64,000 bases of DNA from an uncultured Actinomycetes bacterium (GCA_963730285.1 CAVSQY010000008.1:57433-121432), one strand, 5' to 3'. Positions 47,743-57,306 are shown, counted from the first letter of the stretch. Program-made: numbers and translations. Notes: generated by a model not told the origin, from the letters alone.

Positions 47743-48447
47743 GTGCGCAAGTCCTGGTCCTACATCGATTTCTTGTTGGTCGTCCTCGGAGGGTTCCTCG
47801 GCGCCGGTGCCTTCGTGGCCGTTGCAAGCCTTTTCTCGAGTGATGAGCTGGCACTCGTGATGGTGCTCATCGGTCAGTACGTCGGGCATCTCGTGGTGTT
47901 GTGGCTCCTGGCCCGCACCAAAGAGAATCCGGACCTGGGTTTCGCCATCGAGGGTACCGATCTCCTCTACCTCTTCCTCGGGGTCGGCCTCCAACTTGGT
48001 CTGGCACTCCTCTTCCTGCCACTGAGCACGCTGCTGTTCCCCAACGGGGACACGGCACAACAAGTCGGCTCCGCGCTGGGGGGCCTTCAGACCACCGCAG
48101 CCAAAGTGGCCGCAGTCTTCACGGCGACGGTCGTTGCCCCTGTGACCGAGGAGCTGACCTTCCGCGGTGTCCTGATCAAGGCAATGAGCACCCGCTCGCG
48201 GCGGGTGATCATGGTGGCCACAGCAGCCATATTCGCCGCTTTCCACCTGCTCGGGCTCGACCCGACGCACATGCTGGCCGCGGCCGCCGTGGTGCTCCCC
48301 CAGCTTTTCCTGGTTGGGCTCCTGTTGGCTTGGGTGACTCTACGTTCCGGACGTCTCGGCCCGGCGATATTCATCCACTCCGGCTTCAATCTCCTGGCCG
48401 CGCTCATCCTGCTGCTGCCTTCGCAGCTGCTCGAATCGATCAAGTAG
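47743..48447 (+). CDS. CPBP (Abi/CAAX) intramembrane protease
   Basis: APVTEELTFRG, FAAFH, IFIHSGFN. Confidence 0.88.
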   Translation: MRKSWSYIDFLLVVLGGFLGAGAFVAVASLFSSDELALVMVLIGQYVGHLVVLWLLARTKENPDLGFAIEGTDLLYLFLGVGLQLGLALLFLPLSTLLFPNGDTAQQVGSALGGLQTTAAKVAAVFTATVVAPVTEELTFRGVLIKAMSTRSRRVIMVATAAIFAAFHLLGLDPTHMLAAAAVVLPQLFLVGLLLAWVTLRSGRLGPAIFIHSGFNLLAALILLLPSQLLESIK

Positions 48448-48457
48448 CGGTTTCGGC

Positions 48458-49438
48458 TTAACCGAGCCCGACCTTCTCACGAACTGTGATCATGGAGCGC
48501 TCGGCGCGCTCCATGGCGATCTTGGCGCTGTTCTCCATCACCGCCGACACCTCGGCGTCGGTGAGCGAGCGGTATGCCTCTTGGATGGGGCGGAGACCCT
48601 CGACGATGGCATCGGCCACGGCGGTTTTGAACACCCCATACCCTCCTTGCGCAAAGTCGACGACCAGCTCATCGATCGGGCGCTCGGTGAAGAAACTGAA
48701 CAACTCCAGCAGGTTGGAGATGCCTGGCTTCCTCTCCCAGTCATAAGCCACGTCGGTGCCGGCGTCCGTCACCGCCGACTTGATCTTCTTCACGATCTGG
48801 TCGGGCGCGTCGTTCAGCAAGATGCGCGACCGCTCACTGGGGTCCGACTTCGACATCTTGGAAGTCGGTTCGGTCAGCGACATCACCCGGGCGCCGATCT
48901 CTGGGGTAATCCGTTCGGGGATGGGGAACTCTTCCCCGAAGCGATGATTGAATCGCTCGGCAACATCGCGGGTCAGCTCCAGATGCTGGGCTTGGTCGTC
49001 GCCCACGGGGACCGCATGGACCTTGTGGATCAAGATGTCCGCCGCCTGCAGGACCGGGTAGGCGAGAAGACCCAGGTTCTGACCCGAGCGATCGGTCTTC
49101 TCCTTGAACTGGGTCATCCTCTCCAATTGGCCCAGACCCACCAGGTTTCCCAGTATCCAGGAGAGCTCGAGATGCTGAGGGACCTCGGATTGGTAGTAGA
49201 GGAGCGATCGCTTCGGGTCGACGCCGGTTGCCAAGATCATGCGCGCTAGCTCGTGACGGTCGCGACGGAGCTGAGCCGGGTCGTAGGGAAGCGTCATTGC
49301 GTGCAGATCGACCACGCAGTAGATCGTCTCGTACTCGTCCTGCATGCGCACCCAGTTGTCCAGGGCGCCCACCAGATTGCCCAGGTGTGGCTCGCCGGTG
49401 GGTTGCATCCCCGAGAAAACTCTCTTGTCGCTCATCAT
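48458..49438 (-). CDS. trpS: Tryptophan--tRNA ligase
   Basis: SGMQPTG.PHLGN, RMTQFKEK, YPVLQAADIL, VPVGDDQ, KMSKS. Confidence 0.97.
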   Translation of the reverse strand: MMSDKRVFSGMQPTGEPHLGNLVGALDNWVRMQDEYETIYCVVDLHAMTLPYDPAQLRRDRHELARMILATGVDPKRSLLYYQSEVPQHLELSWILGNLVGLGQLERMTQFKEKTDRSGQNLGLLAYPVLQAADILIHKVHAVPVGDDQAQHLELTRDVAERFNHRFGEEFPIPERITPEIGARVMSLTEPTSKMSKSDPSERSRILLNDAPDQIVKKIKSAVTDAGTDVAYDWERKPGISNLLELFSFFTERPIDELVVDFAQGGYGVFKTAVADAIVEGLRPIQEAYRSLTDAEVSAVMENSAKIAMERAERSMITVREKVGLG

Positions 49439-49452
49439 CTCCGGATCTCATG

Positions 49453-49505
49453 AAAAAGCCGTCGTGGCCGGGGCCGCCGACGGCATCTCGACGCGGGTTG
49501 TCGGC
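49453..49505 (-). terminator. Attenuator terminator/antiterminator upstream of trpS
   Basis: Stem GCCGTCG..CGACGGC followed by TTTTT (49484-49453); GCCGAC at 49505-49500 can pair with GTCGGC in the 5' arm. Confidence 0.8.
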
Positions 49506-49508
49506 TAC

Positions 49509-49547
49509 TCAGTGTCGGCGCCGGCTCCATCGCCTTTCTCGTGTCAC
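49509..49547 (-). CDS. Putative trpS leader peptide MTRERRWSRRRH
   Basis: GTG..TGA with one Trp codon, lying between a TTGACA promoter and the terminator hairpin. Confidence 0.65.
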   Translation of the reverse strand: MTRERRWSRRRH

Positions 49548-49555
49548 AGCCGTGC

Positions 49556-49585
49556 ACAGTATCGGCGGGTGCGAGAGGGTGTCAA
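49556..49585 (-). promoter_or_regulatory. Sigma70-type promoter of the trpS leader
   Basis: TTGACA (49585-49580) with TACTGT (18-nt spacer) or GATACT (16-nt spacer). Confidence 0.6.
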
Positions 49586-50586
49586 CGCCACGCGGCCACA
49601 TAGGCCTCCTGGTCCTCCAGGAGGCCCCATGCGCCGGAGAGGTCGGTTCCGGTGAGGACCGCCCCGCCTCCGGCACCGCTGAAGCGTGTGGCCGACAAGG
49701 CGGTTCCCGATAGGTCGGCGTCCGAGAGATCGGCCCCCGAGAAGTCTGCCCCCTCCAGGTCGGAGCCAGAGAGATCGGCGCCACGGAGGTTGGCTCCGGA
49801 CAGGTCGCTCAGCGACAGGTTGGAATTGCGCAGATCGGCGTCGGGCAGGGCGACGCCGCGGAGATCGCAATTCTTGAGGTAGAGACGGGAAAGGCGGCGG
49901 GTTGACGGAGCCCACGCCCGGAGATCGGCTCCGAGCAAGACCCGCCCCCGATACTTGTCGTAGCTATCAGCGGCAAGGAAGCGTCCCAGCTGCTCAGGGC
50001 GCATGGAGCCTGTTGAGAATCGCTCTTGGCCCGACGTCGGATCTCCGTTGTTGTGATAGGCCGAGTTGCTTTCCCACCATCCCTCTCGATCCTCGGCGAG
50101 CAGCACTACCCGCCGCACCCACTTGGGCGACTTGTAGAAGTATCGACCGGGCGTCACCACCCGAACCGGGCCACCGTGCTCGATCGGCAGCGGCTCCCCT
50201 TCGAATCGGTGCACCACCCAGCTTCGCTCCATCACCAGCTCGAGTGGCAACGATGTGTGATGCCCGTGCGTGGAGTACGTCTCGAACGAGACGAAGCGAG
50301 CGCCAGGGCTTGGCCCCGCTCTCTCCAGGAGCCTGGCCATGGGGGCTCCGGTCCAGTGGGAGCCGAAGCGGCTCCAACCAGTGACGCAATGGATGTCGAA
50401 GATGAGTGGCGAGGTGGCAAATGAGGTGAGCTCCCCAACGCCGATGCTGACCTCGGTGTTGACCAGTCCGGTCACCACCAGGCACCAGTCGGGGGTCTCA
50501 CCGAGCTCGGGTGACGGTGCACGCTCGCCCACGATAGGGAAGCGCTTGGTCTCGATCTGACCGGGGGGAAGCCGATGCTCGCTCAC
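49582..50586 (-). CDS. Molybdopterin oxidoreductase (sulfite-oxidase/MsrP-like) fused to pentapeptide repeats
   Basis: RLPPGQ, DIHCVTGWS, EHGGPVR..P.RYFYKSPKW; C-terminal (A/S)(D/N)LSG-type repeats. Confidence 0.88.
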   Translation of the reverse strand: MSEHRLPPGQIETKRFPIVGERAPSPELGETPDWCLVVTGLVNTEVSIGVGELTSFATSPLIFDIHCVTGWSRFGSHWTGAPMARLLERAGPSPGARFVSFETYSTHGHHTSLPLELVMERSWVVHRFEGEPLPIEHGGPVRVVTPGRYFYKSPKWVRRVVLLAEDREGWWESNSAYHNNGDPTSGQERFSTGSMRPEQLGRFLAADSYDKYRGRVLLGADLRAWAPSTRRLSRLYLKNCDLRGVALPDADLRNSNLSLSDLSGANLRGADLSGSDLEGADFSGADLSDADLSGTALSATRFSGAGGGAVLTGTDLSGAWGLLEDQEAYVAAWR

Positions 50587-50612
50587 CCCGACATTGTGGC
50601 AAAGACGGTCGT

Positions 50613-51674
50613 TCAGCCGGCCATGGCGCCGGTCACGTCATCGGCAGTCTCGGGTGCCAGGGCAGAGGCGACGAGGTCGGCGATGTCGACTTGAGCGACC
50701 AGAACCGCGGCGCCAGCCGACGTGGTGGCGTCAGAGACCGGGATGGTCAGCTGGTCGACGGTGCCTCGCCCCAGGCCGCGCATGGACCAGGCCAGATCCA
50801 CCGCATCGAACAGGGTGAGGTCCGAGTCGACGGTCACGTAGGGAGCGATAACTCGAGCGATGTCCGCCATGTCGGCCGGGCTGCCGAGGTTGGACATCCG
50901 CCCCATCATGTCGAGGAGGAACTTCCGCTGGCGCTCATTGCGAGTCAGGTCGCTGACACCGGGAATGGTTCGCCAGCCGTTGTCGGTCAGCTCTTGGGTG
51001 TGGCGCGATCTCAACCAGGCGAGTGCCTGGGCACCGGTTGCATGAGTGCATCCCTTGGGGAGATCGAGATCCGCCTTTTGATCTCGCACCGCTTTGTCGA
51101 GACAGATCTCGTAGCCACCAATGGCATCGACCGCTTCCTGAAAACCGGCGAGATCGACCAGGGCAAAGTGGTCGATGGTCTGCCCAATAACGTTCTCAAC
51201 GGTCTGGGTCAAGGCAGTCGGCCCGTTCATCGTGTCGCCGCAGCCTTCGAGGGCATCGTTGAGCCGATGCTCGGCATCGCTGCAGACGTCATCGACCAGC
51301 AGGTCCCGCGGGAGTGACAGCAGCAGGGCGTGTGTCCCATCCTGCGGCTTGATCAGGACCATCACCACATCGGCGCGATTGCCCTGAAAATCTCCAAAAC
51401 CCTCTGTGGAGGTGAGGTCGGCGCGGGAGTCCGACCCGACCAACAATGTCACACTCAGCCCGTCACCACCCACCGAGGCGGCCAAAGGGCCAGCGTCGGA
51501 AGACGCCTGGTTACCTTGACCGGAGTCGGGTGAGGGGCCCACATTGGCGTCGATGGCCTCTCGATCGATACTGACACGTTTGACGTCACCCCAAGTGGAC
51601 AAGGCAAATGCCACACCAACTCCTGCCACCAGCAAGAGCACGATGGCACTACCGACCAAGATGCGTTTTCTCAT
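50613..51674 (-). CDS. LCP (LytR-CpsA-Psr) family protein
   Basis: N-terminal TM, LLVGSDSR, RADVVM, SLPRD, VDAIGG, RSRH, DLTRNERQ. Confidence 0.92.
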   Translation of the reverse strand: MRKRILVGSAIVLLLVAGVGVAFALSTWGDVKRVSIDREAIDANVGPSPDSGQGNQASSDAGPLAASVGGDGLSVTLLVGSDSRADLTSTEGFGDFQGNRADVVMVLIKPQDGTHALLLSLPRDLLVDDVCSDAEHRLNDALEGCGDTMNGPTALTQTVENVIGQTIDHFALVDLAGFQEAVDAIGGYEICLDKAVRDQKADLDLPKGCTHATGAQALAWLRSRHTQELTDNGWRTIPGVSDLTRNERQRKFLLDMMGRMSNLGSPADMADIARVIAPYVTVDSDLTLFDAVDLAWSMRGLGRGTVDQLTIPVSDATTSAGAAVLVAQVDIADLVASALAPETADDVTGAMAG

Positions 51675-51758
51675 TGCTCACCCAAAGTGGACATACCCCA
51701 AAGACCTGAATCCTATGTGTTGAGACGCTTCCGCGAGCCCGGTGCCACGAAGCGGGAG

Positions 51759-53537
51759 TCAGGCAGTCACCGGGACTTCTGCTGTTGCAACCACATCCAA
51801 CGGGGCGCTGACCGGGAGGGACAACTCGAAACGAGGTTCCACGTCGGCGCCCACATATCGTAGCGTTCCCCCCATCATCTCCGCCAGCTGACGGGATACT
51901 GCCAGGCCTATCCCCACTGATCCGGGCTGGGTGGGCGACTGGTCGCTGCGGTAGTAGCGCTCGAAGATCAATTCCGTCTCGGCCTCACCCACTCCCGAGC
52001 CATCGTCGATGACCAGAACCTGGGCCAGGTCGGTCGTTTCCCGCACGACCACCGCGATCCGGTTTCCGCCGTATCGGATGGCGTTTGTCAACAGGTTGCG
52101 GATGACCTGGCGGGATCGAAGAGGGTCTGCCCACGCCACCACATCCCCATCTCCAGCCACGACGATGACCTTCTGGGTCGGGTGTGACTCTCGAATCCCG
52201 CGCACGACACTCTCGACCTCGGTCATGACATTCATGTCTTGCGGCTTGATCGAGAGATTCCCAAACTCCGCCCTCGACGCCACCAGCAGGTCCTCGACGA
52301 GCTCCGCGAGCTCTCGACTCTGCACCGCGATGATCCCGTTCAACTCGTCGAGCTCCTCCGCCCCGAGACTGGTCCGGCTGGCAACGATCTCCTCCGACAG
52401 GCCGACGATGGCCGTGAGTGGCGTCCTTATCTCATGGCTCACCGACGCCAACAGCTTGTCCTTGGACTCGTTGGACGCCTTCAGTTGTTCTTGGTCGTCC
52501 TGACGTCTCCAATACGCCCCGATCATGTGCGACGCCCGCCAAAGCGTGCTCACCTCGTCCTCGGTCCACTGACGCTCACCCGTGTACTCGACGAAGCCGA
52601 TCGATCCCCGGAACTCCTCGCCCACGAATATCGGGACCGAAAGCTCGGTGACAATCCCATCCCGCGCATACTCGTCCCGGTCCTCACCGGTGAGCTGGTC
52701 GGTGTGAATTGCTATCGCCCGCCCTGTCGACAACGCCCGGTAGGTGGAGGACTGCTCCCGGTAGACACCACTCTTCCAACCTCCGGTCGCATGCTCGGCC
52801 TTGCGATGGGCATCGGCAATGATCTCCCAGTGGGTCTCATCGTCTCTGACTGAGTTGCGATCCACATAGGAGTAATCGGCTTCCGTGGCGACGAGAAGCG
52901 CCTTCAATGCCTCGTAGATGGCAAATGTGTCGGTCTGCACCAAGAGTGACTCCGAGCACGTGGCGATGGCATGCTGCAGGCGCGTGGCCCTTTCATATCG
53001 GGAGATGGACTCCGACAATTGGTCATACAACTTCGAGACCAGGGTCGTCGTGAAGACGACACCCGCCAATGCCGTCACCGCTCGTATGGCAACGACCTCG
53101 GCCTTCTCCCCGTCGAGGATGCCCATGGTGACACTCCACACTGCCACGGCCACCCCTGCGGCCACGGACCAGACCACCCGGCTGCCTGAGCTCAGGGTCC
53201 CGGCGAGGACCGCGAGCATCATTATCAGCCCGAACGTGGTGGTGAAGTCGAATGCCGATATCTCGATATGGAACAGGCCCTCGACGACTGAGAGGGTTCC
53301 GAAGAACCAAATGGTGGTGAGAACCAGGAGCATTGAGTCTGCATCTCGCCTCTGGGTAAGCCAGACAGCCCATATGGCCAGCACCAGGTAGCTGGCCCAG
53401 CGGATCGGAGCCAGCGGTGACTTCATGTCCATGCCGACGATCTCGAGGACCGCCAGCGCTGGGAAGGTCACGGCGAACAACACTGCCACATAGCGGTGGA
53501 AGCGTTGTTGCGCCTCAATTGGAGCGCGCACACTCAC
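51759..53537 (-). CDS. Membrane sensor histidine kinase with GAF domain (start approximate)
   Basis: About 6 TM helices, GAF (SVPIFV..GSIGF..WTEDE), SHEIRTPL, NLLTNAIRY, DDGSG, GIGL. Confidence 0.9.
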   Translation of the reverse strand: MSVRAPIEAQQRFHRYVAVLFAVTFPALAVLEIVGMDMKSPLAPIRWASYLVLAIWAVWLTQRRDADSMLLVLTTIWFFGTLSVVEGLFHIEISAFDFTTTFGLIMMLAVLAGTLSSGSRVVWSVAAGVAVAVWSVTMGILDGEKAEVVAIRAVTALAGVVFTTTLVSKLYDQLSESISRYERATRLQHAIATCSESLLVQTDTFAIYEALKALLVATEADYSYVDRNSVRDDETHWEIIADAHRKAEHATGGWKSGVYREQSSTYRALSTGRAIAIHTDQLTGEDRDEYARDGIVTELSVPIFVGEEFRGSIGFVEYTGERQWTEDEVSTLWRASHMIGAYWRRQDDQEQLKASNESKDKLLASVSHEIRTPLTAIVGLSEEIVASRTSLGAEELDELNGIIAVQSRELAELVEDLLVASRAEFGNLSIKPQDMNVMTEVESVVRGIRESHPTQKVIVVAGDGDVVAWADPLRSRQVIRNLLTNAIRYGGNRIAVVVRETTDLAQVLVIDDGSGVGEAETELIFERYYRSDQSPTQPGSVGIGLAVSRQLAEMMGGTLRYVGADVEPRFELSLPVSAPLDVVATAEVPVTA

Positions 53538-53544
53538 CCTGGAA

Positions 53545-53573
53545 TGATCGGCAGGCGGACAATCGGAACTTGA
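53545..53573 (-). promoter_or_regulatory. Sigma28-like promoter TCAAG-N16-GCCGATCA
   Basis: 7/8 match to the -10 octamer; 7 nt before an in-frame GTG. Confidence 0.5.
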
Positions 53574-53586
53574 CGGGTCGGCCGAC

Positions 53587-54114
53587 CTATGAGAGACCGA
53601 GCAGGGATCGGACCATGAATGCGGTGGCGCCCCACAATGTGTCGCCCTCGAGGTCGTAATACCAGACCTGGCGGCCGTCCCAGGGAACATGCCACCATCT
53701 CGACTCGTCGGCGAGCTCGGCGAGGCGAGGCGTATAGACCTTGGCCACCTCTCGTTCGCTCGGAATCAGGTTGAGAGGCATCCGTATTCGGCCCACCACA
53801 GGCACCACCCACGGTCTGAACTCGACCGTGTCTATGACAGGGAGAAACCCCAGGACCTCCACCCTCTCGGGCTCTATGCCCACCTCCTCGTGGGTCTCAC
53901 GGAGCGCAGTGGCCACCGGGCCCGAGTCATCAGGATTGGCCCTCCCCCCGGGAAATGCGATGTGCCCCGCATGAGTGGGCATGGTGTCGGGGCGTTTGGT
54001 GAGGATCACCCTCACGTCACCGTCCTCGTCCTCGTAGAGGGGGGCGAGAACCGCAGCCATCGCGTCGGAGTCGTCGAGCCCGGCTTCGTGCAGCAGATGG
54101 AGTCTGTCCCACAT
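53587..54114 (-). CDS. Nudix CoA pyrophosphatase
   Basis: LTKR..HAGHIAFPGG, ALRETHEEVG, LWGATA. Confidence 0.92.
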   Translation of the reverse strand: MWDRLHLLHEAGLDDSDAMAAVLAPLYEDEDGDVRVILTKRPDTMPTHAGHIAFPGGRANPDDSGPVATALRETHEEVGIEPERVEVLGFLPVIDTVEFRPWVVPVVGRIRMPLNLIPSEREVAKVYTPRLAELADESRWWHVPWDGRQVWYYDLEGDTLWGATAFMVRSLLGLS

Positions 54115-54151
54115 TCATGCCACAGGTTACGCCCGCCGATAATGTGAACCG

Positions 54152-54736
54152 GTGCCCAGGCCTACGATCGAGACCGACCGGTTGATTCTCCAGAAGCTCA
54201 GCAGACGCGACGTGAGCACCTACGACGAGGCGACCAGGGTCTCGCTCCCTGAGTTGAATCAATGGCTGCCCTGGGCGCGGCTCGACTATGAGACGGCCGA
54301 CACCACCGCGTTCATCAGGGAGTCAATTCAGGCCTGGAAGGAGGAACGGGCCTGGGATTACTCGATCAGGCTTCTCGACAACCCCGACCGTCATGTGGGC
54401 AGTATCTCGCTGTGGACGGTGTCGAAGCTGGGGAAGATCGCCGAATTCGGATACTGGATCCGGAGTGACGAGCAATCTCGCGGCATCTGCACGGAAGCTG
54501 TTGAGTTGCTTCTGGACGAGGCCTTCACCTCCATGAAGTACCACAAGGTGACCCTTCGCATCGCGGTAGGGAACACGGCATCGGAACGTGTGGCTGAGAA
54601 GGTCGGGTTCACCAAGGAGGGGATCCTGCGAGAAGAGCTCCTGATCCGCGGCAACTGGGTGGATCACTCGTTGTGGTCATTGCTAGACCGCGAGTTCCGG
54701 TCGATCCGGCGAAGCGGGGCTCGCTCGACACCGTGA
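54152..54736 (+). CDS. GNAT acetyltransferase, RimJ/RimL family
   Basis: ETDRLIL, WLPW, EFGYW, N.AS.RVAEKVGF..EG.LR. Confidence 0.9.
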   Translation: MPRPTIETDRLILQKLSRRDVSTYDEATRVSLPELNQWLPWARLDYETADTTAFIRESIQAWKEERAWDYSIRLLDNPDRHVGSISLWTVSKLGKIAEFGYWIRSDEQSRGICTEAVELLLDEAFTSMKYHKVTLRIAVGNTASERVAEKVGFTKEGILREELLIRGNWVDHSLWSLLDREFRSIRRSGARSTP

Positions 54737-55794
54737 CCAATCGCGATATCAAGGGGCTGGCCGACTGGTTGGACCAGCAGCAACGAAAGGGCCTGTTCAG
54801 CGGCGCCGCCCTCGCTCGATCCGGCGGCGAGGTGCTATTCGAGCACCAGTCCGGATGGGCACATCGCGGTCATCGGGCCCCCCTGCGGAGGGACACAAGG
54901 TTCCAGGTGGCCTCGATCACGAAGATGATCACAGCCACCACGGCGCTGCGCCTCGTGGAGCAGGGAGCGCTGAACCTCGATCGGCCCCTGAGCGGCTTTC
55001 TGCCACCGGATCTCAGACCCGCGTCTCTCGATGACCGGCACACCCTCCGGCATCTTCTCTCCCACACCTCTGGCCTGGATGACTACCACGAGGACGACGA
55101 TGCCTGGACATCGCTGCTCGAGGCGTGGGATCACGTGCCGGTGTATCGGGCGCGTGGCCCCAAGGACTTGCTCCCCCTGGTCAAGGACTTGCCGCTGATC
55201 GCCGAACTGGGCGAGTTCTCCTATTCCGACGCCAACTTCATCCTGATCGGGCTCCTGGTCGAGTGGATCACCGACAAGCCCTACGCCCGGGTGGCGACCG
55301 AGGAGGTCCTGATGCCGGCCGGGATGGACGAGTCGGGCTTTTTCGAGCTCGATCTCGAGCCTGACGACATGGCAACCGCATATCTGTCCAGTGAGTCGCC
55401 GTCGGAGACATGGCGATCGAACATCTACAGCGTTCCAGCCGGAGGGATGCCCGACGGCGGGCTCATCTCCACACCCACCGACATCTCCCGGTTCCTCGAA
55501 CGCTTGCAGTCCGGGGGCCTTTTGGGCCCAGAGCTGCTCTCCGAGATGCTCTCGACACAGACTCGGGACGAGGAGGGAGCGGAGGGATACGGGCTTGGCA
55601 TGGAAGTGGTGGTGCAGAGCGACGAAGTCGTCATATACGGCCATGGAGGGGCTCATCCGGGCGTCTCGAGCATGGTCTCTCACTATGTCGGCCCCGATGT
55701 CACGGTCATCGTCTTGTGCAACCAGGACCGTGGGGCATGGGCTGCCGCTCGTGAGGTCGCCAATCGGCTTGGGCTCGACGATCCGAGGGAATAG
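54733..55794 (+). CDS. Serine hydrolase, beta-lactamase family
   Basis: FQVASITK (SxxK), HLLSHTSG, FSYSD, HGG. Confidence 0.9.
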   Translation: MTNRDIKGLADWLDQQQRKGLFSGAALARSGGEVLFEHQSGWAHRGHRAPLRRDTRFQVASITKMITATTALRLVEQGALNLDRPLSGFLPPDLRPASLDDRHTLRHLLSHTSGLDDYHEDDDAWTSLLEAWDHVPVYRARGPKDLLPLVKDLPLIAELGEFSYSDANFILIGLLVEWITDKPYARVATEEVLMPAGMDESGFFELDLEPDDMATAYLSSESPSETWRSNIYSVPAGGMPDGGLISTPTDISRFLERLQSGGLLGPELLSEMLSTQTRDEEGAEGYGLGMEVVVQSDEVVIYGHGGAHPGVSSMVSHYVGPDVTVIVLCNQDRGAWAAAREVANRLGLDDPRE

Positions 55795-55821
55795 GGCCCA
55801 GCAGGGCGTTGTCGAAACCGC

Positions 55822-57306
55822 TCAGCCCCCAGCCGTGATGACCCGGGAAGCCTCACCCACAAAGGTTGCGATGGTCGGAAAGAAGCCGATGACGACGGTT
55901 ATCACCAGTGACAACCCCAGCGCCAAACGCAGCGACCCGGCCGGGGCGAGCGCGGCATCGGGCAGGAACTCGCCTTCGGCGTCGTCAAGCCACACCGACT
56001 TGACCACGCGGGCGTAGTAGTAGAGGGCAATAACCGAGTTCACTGCTGCGATCGCCGCGAGGACGACTGTGGCGGCACCACCGGCGATGATCACAGAGCG
56101 GAACATCGCGAACTTGGCGAACCATCCGGCCAGTGGGGGAATCCCGGCCAAGCTGAAGAAGAAGACCGCAACGAGAACGCCCAGCCTCGTGTCGGCCTGG
56201 GCCAGGCCCGCCCAGGCGCTGATCTCGCCCGACTGGGTCTTCCTCGCGCCGGCGATCACCACTGCAAATGCCCCGAGGTTCATCACTGCGTAGATCACCA
56301 GGTAGATGACCGTGGCGGAGAAGGCCTCCGACAGGTCTGAGCCGGCCACGGCGGCGGCGGCGAACGGGACGAGCATGAAACCGGCCTGAGCGATCGACGA
56401 GTAGGCGAGAAGCCGAACGATGTTGCTTTGTCTCAGGGCGGCCAGGTTCCCGATGGTCATCGAGAGGGCGGCTAGAAGCCAGAGGGCAGGGGCCCAGATG
56501 TCGGAGGCTCCGGGCAGAGCCAGGTACATGACGAGCAGCATCCCGACGAAACCAGCTGCCTTCGAGTTGACCGACAGGTAGGCGGTCACCGGCGTCGGAG
56601 CGCCCTCGTAGGTGTCGGGAGCCCAGAAGTGAAACGGCACCGCCGAGACCTTGAACCCGAACCCGGCGATCACCAACAGCACCGCGATGATCAGAGCAGG
56701 CTCATCGACCATCCCGGCGGTGGCCGTGGCAAGCCCGGCGAAGCTCACCTCACCGGTGAGCCCATAGAGCAAGGACATCCCGTAGAGGAGCAAAGCAGTG
56801 GACAGCACCCCGAGGATGAAGTACTTCATGGATGCCTCGTTCGACTTGGCATCGCCTTTCCGCCAGCCGGCGAGGAGATAAAGCGGGCCGGTGGTCAACT
56901 CCAGGCCGATGAAGATGACGATCAGGTCACGCGCCGAGGCCATGACCAGTGAGCCGAGGACCGAAGCCAGGATGAGAAAGTAGTACTCCCCCTGGTAGTA
57001 ACGCTCCGACTCGATGTAGTGATGAGACATCAACAACACCAGGTAGGCCGACACGATGAGCACGGCCTTGAGAGCGAGAGCGAAGTCGTCCACGACATAT
57101 GACCCGTCGAACATCGACCTGACAGACCCGTCGGCGGCCAGGATCACCAAAGGCACCGCCGCCAGGGCGGTGCCGGCCACCGCCGCCGTGGCCGTCCAGT
57201 ACTTGCGGGCGCGGGGCAGGGCGAGATCGAGGGCGAAGACCACGATCATGGTTGCCACGATCGTCAGTTCGGGCGCCAGCGCCAGATAGTCGATCTGATA
57301 GCTCAT
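55822..57306 (-). CDS. nuoN: NADH-quinone oxidoreductase subunit N
   Basis: EASMKYF, FKVSAVPFHFWAPDTYEGAPTP, RLLAYSSIAQ. Confidence 0.95.
   Translation of the reverse strand: MSYQIDYLALAPELTIVATMIVVFALDLALPRARKYWTATAAVAGTALAAVPLVILAADGSVRSMFDGSYVVDDFALALKAVLIVSAYLVLLMSHHYIESERYYQGEYYFLILASVLGSLVMASARDLIVIFIGLELTTGPLYLLAGWRKGDAKSNEASMKYFILGVLSTALLLYGMSLLYGLTGEVSFAGLATATAGMVDEPALIIAVLLVIAGFGFKVSAVPFHFWAPDTYEGAPTPVTAYLSVNSKAAGFVGMLLVMYLALPGASDIWAPALWLLAALSMTIGNLAALRQSNIVRLLAYSSIAQAGFMLVPFAAAAVAGSDLSEAFSATVIYLVIYAVMNLGAFAVVIAGARKTQSGEISAWAGLAQADTRLGVLVAVFFFSLAGIPPLAGWFAKFAMFRSVIIAGGAATVVLAAIAAVNSVIALYYYARVVKSVWLDDAEGEFLPDAALAPAGSLRLALGLSLVITVVIGFFPTIATFVGEASRVITAGG

Noticed and set aside
49439-49560. 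T-box riboswitch upstream of trpS
   Set aside because: No UGGNACC T-box bulge and the leader is too short; a leader-peptide attenuator fits better.
49620-49940. 15-bp periodic DNA pattern as a CRISPR or tandem repeat
   Set aside because: Explained by pentapeptide-repeat coding; no constant repeat with unique spacers and no cas genes.
51675-51712. CCCAAAG direct repeat upstream of the LCP gene
   Set aside because: Only two 7-mers with no known consensus; cannot be distinguished from chance.
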